From NCBI GenBank assembly GCA_018825365.1, contig JAHJEV010000003.1:317387-381386 (forward strand): DNA of 64,000 bases, read 5' to 3'. Within the stretch, counting starts at the first letter, position 1. Each line of letters opens with the position of its first letter. A program made the translations under genes and the position numbers. The notes beneath the pieces are model-generated. The model worked only from the letters and a program-made list of their open reading frames with translations, searched no databases and was not told the origin of the DNA. Shown here one piece after another: positions 59,961 through 64,000 of the stretch. The DNA is from Patescibacteria group bacterium. Its GTDB lineage: Bacteria; Patescibacteriota; WWE3; UBA101185; UBA10185.

Positions 59961-61178
59961 TTAATTATAAACAACCTGATCAACATTTCTATCAGGTACT
60001 ATAGAGATCCAAAACTTTCCTCTATTGAATTGTAACTCATTTCCATCCGTATCGTAAAATATGGTTCTTGCATCTCTTCCTGATTTTGACCATGTGGCAT
60101 CTACAACTTTTCCGTCGATAAATACCAATGCCTTTCCGCTTCCGATAAGTTGGTACTCTAATCTACCCTTAACATCCTCCGCTACTGAGCTTTCTGTTGT
60201 AAACTGAACAATTAAATTTTTGACTTCCACTTGCTGTGTAGTTTTTTCCCGATCCATTAAAGCAATTGGTTGATCACTTGCATCATACCCGGTGAATCTA
60301 AGATACGAGTTGTTTTGGGGGTCGTATTTGAAAATACCTGTGTAATCTCCCTTAGTCCAGAAATCTATCGTTATACTACTTGCTAAAGGTTTAGAGGAAT
60401 AGATACTACTATCATTTTTAAATTTCCACAAAGTAATATCCCCTTTTCCTTCCCAACCCAGATTTGTAGCTAACTCCCTAAGTTTTAAACCATTAACATA
60501 GGCAGTATGTTCATAGGCAACGTTTCTAGGGTTGTCTCTCCACTCACAACCCGGTAAAGATTCGCATCCACCCCTAAACAAACTTCTAACCGGCCAAGTA
60601 TCGATTGCAAGTAATGCCTGGGGGGAATAACCAATATGCATTAACATCGCATCTCCAAGCTCTTTAACTATCATCAAATAATATTCTCTGGCGCTCCTTA
60701 CCGGGCCAATTTTCTCCGGTGTATGGGATTGGAGAAAGGCTAAATACCTTGTAATACCTCCCTCTGCAACAACTTCATAAACGATATCGGCGTAAATTAA
60801 TCCAGATTGAGGTCTTGCATCTACTTGGTTGTCTACCATAATCCCTAAGGGCCTCTGATCTTTCCACTGTGCTGCGTCTGAAGGAGCGACCAATTCCCCA
60901 GTTAGATCTGCAGGCAGTTTATCGTCAAACTTACTTGAAGAAATACCGTCATTCTTTGAAAAGGGACTGATAATTTTTTTAGAATTCCCTGAAAGAAAAA
61001 CCCAGGCTGTAAATACTATGGCCAAGACAAAAAATATACCAATCAGAATATTTATAGGGTTTTTATTGTTTTGTTTTTTAATAGGATACATTGGAGACAT
61101 AGGAACTTCCTCGTTTAATAAATTACTTTCCGGATTCTCCTGCACGGGAACATTAATAGTAGGGGCAAATTTTTGCAT
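59961..61178 (-). CDS. DUF3048 / YerB-like membrane-anchored protein
   Basis: RP...MVDN..DARPQSGL..AD.VYE..AEGGITR, GPVRSAR. Confidence 0.88.
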   Translation of the reverse strand: MQKFAPTINVPVQENPESNLLNEEVPMSPMYPIKKQNNKNPINILIGIFFVLAIVFTAWVFLSGNSKKIISPFSKNDGISSSKFDDKLPADLTGELVAPSDAAQWKDQRPLGIMVDNQVDARPQSGLIYADIVYEVVAEGGITRYLAFLQSHTPEKIGPVRSAREYYLMIVKELGDAMLMHIGYSPQALLAIDTWPVRSLFRGGCESLPGCEWRDNPRNVAYEHTAYVNGLKLRELATNLGWEGKGDITLWKFKNDSSIYSSKPLASSITIDFWTKGDYTGIFKYDPQNNSYLRFTGYDASDQPIALMDREKTTQQVEVKNLIVQFTTESSVAEDVKGRLEYQLIGSGKALVFIDGKVVDATWSKSGRDARTIFYDTDGNELQFNRGKFWISIVPDRNVDQVVYN

Positions 61179-61255
61179 AGGGATATTATAGACTACTCAA
61201 GCTCTCCGACAACAATCAACCTTTAAAGATCATCTGTTGATGTAAAATTGTTTCA

Positions 61256-61687
61256 ATGAACCACATCGCAATAATGAAAAGGTCTTGGGGGCTTATACCC
61301 AAAATAATATCTGGAGAAAAAACCTGCGAGGCAAGGTGGTGTAAAACAAAACACGCTCCATGGGGAGTTGCTCATAAAGGAGACCACATCTACTTCAAAA
61401 ATGGGGCCGAGCCAGTTACAGTAATGGCTATAGTATTAAATGTTTACCAATATGAAGTAAGGGACAACATTCATGCTTTGGAAATTATGGAAAAACACAT
61501 ACTTCCTGATCTTGGAACAAATAAAATTCCTGAAGATATTCTGAAATATATAACTAATAAAAATTACGCAATGTTTCTCTACTTTACTAACGTCAAAAAG
61601 ATACAACCATTTGAAATAGACAAAAGAGGACTTGGCTCAATGACTGCATGGATAAGTATAGACAACATCAACAAAATAAAACTTTAA
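61256..61687 (+). CDS. ASCH/PUA-like domain protein
   Basis: I.SGEKT.E.R and GD.IYFK motifs. Confidence 0.8.
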   Translation: MNHIAIMKRSWGLIPKIISGEKTCEARWCKTKHAPWGVAHKGDHIYFKNGAEPVTVMAIVLNVYQYEVRDNIHALEIMEKHILPDLGTNKIPEDILKYITNKNYAMFLYFTNVKKIQPFEIDKRGLGSMTAWISIDNINKIKL

Positions 61688-61793
61688 ACACAGTATTCCT
61701 CTAATTTCTATTGCAACAACAATATTTGTACTAATCCTATTGATTTGACACTCGAGTCTATCTGTGATAAAAATACTTCTGTCCATGCAAAGG

Positions 61794-61824
61794 TCCCCAA
61801 AAAATTTGGGGAATTTTTAGTTTT
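61794..61824 (+). terminator. Terminator-like hairpin in greA leader
   Basis: TCCCCAAA-aaa-TTTGGGGA-ATTTTTAGTTTT, downstream of a TTGACA box at 61745. Confidence 0.5.
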
Positions 61825-61890
61825 AAGGCCCCAAATACCTATAGAGTACAAATCTTTGGTGTTGTTTGGGACTCACAAACAGAAGGAAAA

Positions 61891-62361
61891 ATGGATAAAC
61901 AAACTTTAGTATTAACAAAAGAAGGTCTAGAAAACTTAAAAAATGAGCTTACAAATCTCATTGATGTTAAAAGACCCGAAATAGCAAAAAGAATACAAGA
62001 CGCCCGAGAAATGGGTGATATTTCTGAAAATTCTGAATACGATGCCGCAAAGCAGGAACAAGCTTTTATTGAGGGCAGAATCTCGGAAGTTGAAGAAATT
62101 CTCAAAAACGCAACAGTTACCGACGGGAACAAGTCTCATAAAGAGTCTGTTGATGTCGGAGCTAAGGTAACTGTTCACATAGACAACAGTGAAGACACCT
62201 TTTATATCGTAGGCGCACCAGAAGCCGATCCTATGGCCAACAAAATATCACACGAATCACCTCTTGGCTCTGCCTTAATGGGCAAAAAAGTCGGTGAAAA
62301 AATAGAGGTAGAAGCTCCCGTTGGAAAACTCACCTACACGATCATAAAGATTGAATATTAA
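61891..62361 (+). CDS. greA: Transcription elongation factor GreA
   Basis: GDISENSEYDAAK, IS.ESPLG.ALMG. Confidence 0.98.
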   Translation: MDKQTLVLTKEGLENLKNELTNLIDVKRPEIAKRIQDAREMGDISENSEYDAAKQEQAFIEGRISEVEEILKNATVTDGNKSHKESVDVGAKVTVHIDNSEDTFYIVGAPEADPMANKISHESPLGSALMGKKVGEKIEVEAPVGKLTYTIIKIEY

Positions 62362-62387
62362 TGCCGTTTCGTGGTTGAATTACTTAA

Positions 62388-63890
62388 ATGGCAACTCTCA
62401 AAGAATACAGAAACATACGAATTGAGAAATTAAACAAGTTAAAAGGTCTTGGCGTAAATCCATACCCCGCTGAAACCCATAAAACTCACAATAATAATGA
62501 GATTGTTGATAAATTCCCAGATCTAAAAGGAAAAACCGTTTCAGTAGCCGGAAGAATTATTTCAATCAGAACCCACAGCAAACTTTGCTTTATTGATTTA
62601 AAAGACGCATCCGGAAGGCTTCAGCTTTATGTAAAAGAAGACACTATGGGAAAACCAAAATATGAAAATGGCGAAATTTCCTTTTCTGATTTGAATCTTT
62701 TAGACACAGGGGATTTTGTTGAATCAACAGGAAATGTTGTGAAAACAAAAACCGGGGAAATCTCAGTGGAAGCAAAATCTATAAGAATACTTTCAAAAGC
62801 ATTAAGACCCCTACCCGATTCTCACACGGGCTTTAAGGACAAGGAATCGCGACTCAGAAAAAGATATATAGACACAAATATTAACGAGGGGGTCTATCAA
62901 AGATTTATAAGAAGAGCAAAATTCTGGGAGGCGCATAGAGAATTTTTCAAGGAGCGCGGCTTTTTGGAAATGAATATTCCGGTTTTGGAAAACATTCCCG
63001 GAGGGGCCGATGCAAATCCTTTTATCACACACATGGATGCTTTAGATCAGGACTTTTATTTAAGAATTTCCCAAGAACTTTATCTTAAAAGACTAATCGG
63101 TGGCGGGTATGAAAAAGTTTTCGAAATAGGACCGAGGTTTAGAAATGAAGGCATTTCAGATGAACATTTACCAGAACACATGGCAATGGAATTTTATTGG
63201 GCATATGCCGGTTTTAAAGAAGGCATGCAGTTTGTTATTGATCTATTCAGATATGTCGCGGATAGGGTCTATGGAAAACAAACCTTCAATATAAGGGGAT
63301 TTGAAGTTGATCTTTCAAAAAACTGGGAAGTAATGGATTACTCCAAACTCATTAAAGACACATACAAAATTGATGTTTTCAATACTAGCCTGGATGAAAT
63401 TAAAAAGGCTTTAACTAAATCAGGTGCAGACTTTCCAAAGAAACTTACAGTTGAAAGAGGCATTGACCATTTATGGAAAGAGGCAAGAAAGAAAATATGC
63501 GGACCTGCTATGGTTATTAATATACCTAAATTTTTGTCCCCTCTTTCCAAGGAAAATCCTGAAAATGCAAAACTAACTTTAAGATTCCACCCGATAATTG
63601 CGGGGTCTGAGCTTGGAAATGGTTTTTCAGAACTAAATGATCCGATAGATCAATTTGAGAGATTTAAGCAGCAGCAAGAAAAAAGGGACGAGGGGGATGT
63701 CGAAGCACAATTTATGGATGTGGACTTTGTTGAGATGCTTGAGTATGGAATGCCCCCGACATGTGGATACGGACACTCGGAACGGGTCTTTTGGTTTTTA
63801 GAAGACGTAACGGCAAGAGAAGGTGTTCCCTTCACACAGCTAAGAAACGGGGTTGATGAGATAAACAAAGAGATTTACGACTTAAAGTGA
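62388..63890 (+). CDS. lysS: Lysyl-tRNA synthetase (class II)
   Basis: GGA.A.PF.T, LRIS.ELYLKRL, FRNEG, ELNDP, LEYGMPP. Confidence 0.97.
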   Translation: MATLKEYRNIRIEKLNKLKGLGVNPYPAETHKTHNNNEIVDKFPDLKGKTVSVAGRIISIRTHSKLCFIDLKDASGRLQLYVKEDTMGKPKYENGEISFSDLNLLDTGDFVESTGNVVKTKTGEISVEAKSIRILSKALRPLPDSHTGFKDKESRLRKRYIDTNINEGVYQRFIRRAKFWEAHREFFKERGFLEMNIPVLENIPGGADANPFITHMDALDQDFYLRISQELYLKRLIGGGYEKVFEIGPRFRNEGISDEHLPEHMAMEFYWAYAGFKEGMQFVIDLFRYVADRVYGKQTFNIRGFEVDLSKNWEVMDYSKLIKDTYKIDVFNTSLDEIKKALTKSGADFPKKLTVERGIDHLWKEARKKICGPAMVINIPKFLSPLSKENPENAKLTLRFHPIIAGSELGNGFSELNDPIDQFERFKQQQEKRDEGDVEAQFMDVDFVEMLEYGMPPTCGYGHSERVFWFLEDVTAREGVPFTQLRNGVDEINKEIYDLK

Positions 63891-63902
63891 TATCATTAAA
63901 AT

Positions 63903-64000
63903 ATGCCCGACGAAGCGACAGTAAATCCAATCTCAGATGACCAACAGGCAGTTAATCCTGTCGTTCCAAACCTTCAAACTACCCCGCAATCTGAACCTAT
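63903..64000 (+). CDS. Start of a hypothetical protein (runs off window)
   Basis: MPDEATVNPISDDQQAVNPVVPNLQTTPQSEP open to the edge; TGaTATCAT 6 nt before ATG. Confidence 0.55.
   Translation, partial: MPDEATVNPISDDQQAVNPVVPNLQTTPQSEP

Noticed and set aside
1-64000. Alternative genetic code (UGA=Gly), tRNA/rRNA genes, prophage
   Set aside because: Genes such as lysS and tnpA end in TGA and RF2 is present; no tRNA cloverleaf, rRNA or phage structural genes were recognised

Overview
A 64-kb, AT-rich, gene-dense chromosomal segment from a reduced-genome bacterium using genetic code 11. It is inferred to be Patescibacteria/CPR, possibly WWE3/Microgenomates-like, from the short IF2, archaeal-type aspS, degenerate DHH and SecDF proteins, and widespread leaderless starts. 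Most of the window is core information-processing genes: rpoBC-rpsL-rpsG-fusA-tuf, infA-rpmJ-rpsMKD-rpoA-rplQ-rplM-rpsI, nusA-infB, rpsO-pnp, rny, recA, four aminoacyl-tRNA synthetases and secA. The main accessory element is a complete diversity-generating retroelement (DGR, about 40.6-43.0 kb) between nusA and dnaJ. It has an RT, an Avd, a 126-bp template repeat and a target gene whose variable repeat differs from TR at 12 positions, 11 of them TR adenines. Two features are unusual. avd lies on the opposite strand, between TR and RT. Its apparent true start (ATG 41554, behind an extended -10) is out of frame with the Avd body across a C9 homopolymer, which suggests a slippage or frameshift switch on mutagenic retrohoming, or else an assembly error. 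Other items are an XRE/RadC/TasA-like/SipW locus, an IS200-type element plus a solitary remnant of its left end, a protease-less Lon ATPase, SecDF-like proteins apparently lacking the proton-relay Asp, and several structured leaders. No tRNA, rRNA or CRISPR array was seen.
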